From Pelomyxa schiedti (Eukaryota > Protista > Evosea), in NCBI GenBank assembly GCA_020536535.1, contig JAHLWZ010000184.1, positions 12,209 to 31,797 on the forward strand: 19,589 nt of DNA, read 5' to 3'. The translations under genes and the position numbers were made by a program. The notes under the pieces were generated by a model. It was not told the DNA's origin and ran no database searches. It saw only the letters and a list, made by a program, of their open reading frames with translations. The stretch's first letter is position 1. The number at the start of each line of letters is the position of its first letter. Positions 19,249 to 19,589 of the stretch are shown here, in pieces.

Positions 19249-19589
19249 GTATCAAATAAAAACCCACCGGGAATGAACCTTTGTTATCTCGCCAGGCGCG
19301 ATCGGGTACACCCTGCCCCGGAACAAGTTGGCCCCCGAGCCCGCGCACGCCCCGGCCAAGTTGGCGCCGGGGCCGCGGCCCAGGTCGGCGCCGCGCTGCT
19401 CGTGCGCCCACGCCACCCGCCCGGCGTCCGAGGCCACCACCGCGCCCTCGTGCACCCCGCCGCGCGCCGACTCCACGCGGTACCCGCACGCCGTGGCGCC
19501 GCCGGGGAGCCCCACCGTCATGACACCCCCCACGCACCGCGGCAGAGACACAACCGCTGGGCTCGGAGGGGGAGATGGAGAGGGAGAGG
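19249..19589 (-). other. Abrupt very GC-rich segment (roughly three-quarters G+C by eye) carrying a partial high-GC3 ORF. It runs off the window end; it is either the 3' end of a neighbouring gene or foreign / misassembled DNA.
   Basis: Minus-strand frame: ...MTVGLPGGATACGYRVESARGGVHEGAVVASDAGRVAWAHEQRGADLGRGPGANLAGACAGSGANLFRGRVYPIAPGEITKVHSRWVFI*. Almost every codon ends in G or C. The two other frames give Arg/Pro- or Gly/Arg-rich nonsense, as expected if this frame is the coding one. Composition changes within ~20 nt at ~19260 from AT-rich to GC-rich. Confidence 0.3.

Noticed and set aside
19208-19537. Gly/Arg-rich minus ORF (19208-19537) and Arg/Pro-rich plus ORF (19281-19523) in the terminal GC-rich segment
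   Set aside because: Arg/Pro/Gly-dominated translations are the expected out-of-frame readings of a high-GC3 coding region. Only the 19252-19551 minus frame has balanced composition.

Overview
This is eukaryotic nuclear DNA, not prokaryotic. Genes are multi-exon with very short GT-AG introns, mostly 40-90 nt, and CTAAC/CTGAC-like branch motifs sit 10-20 nt upstream of most acceptors. All three standard stop codons terminate recognisable genes, so the code is standard. By eye the window is moderately AT-rich overall, with a few sharply GC-rich islands.

Eight protein-coding loci can be supported:
1. A vault-PARP (PARP4)-like gene on + (PARP regulatory + catalytic, then VIT, then vWA), which carries an apparent 1-nt frameshift and some non-canonical splice junctions.
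2. An ORF with a WH2-like actin-binding motif.
3. A Rab5-like small GTPase gene whose P-loop region is replaced by a Thr/Ser/Ala-rich tract.
4. An ankyrin-like repeat protein gene.
5. A fidgetin-like-1 (FIGNL1) AAA ATPase gene.
6. Elongation factor 1-gamma on the minus strand.
7. A ricin-B (beta-trefoil) lectin-domain gene.
8. An unusual minus-strand gene whose single spliced reading frame contains an N-terminal vWA domain, an SF1/BBP-type helix-hairpin + KH-QUA2 module, and a C-terminal beta-rich domain.

No rRNA, tRNA, CRISPR array or clear transposon was recognised. The last ~330 nt are extremely GC-rich and carry a high-GC3 ORF, which is a compositional break from everything before it. Coordinates of exon boundaries were hand-derived and should be treated as approximate (a few nt).
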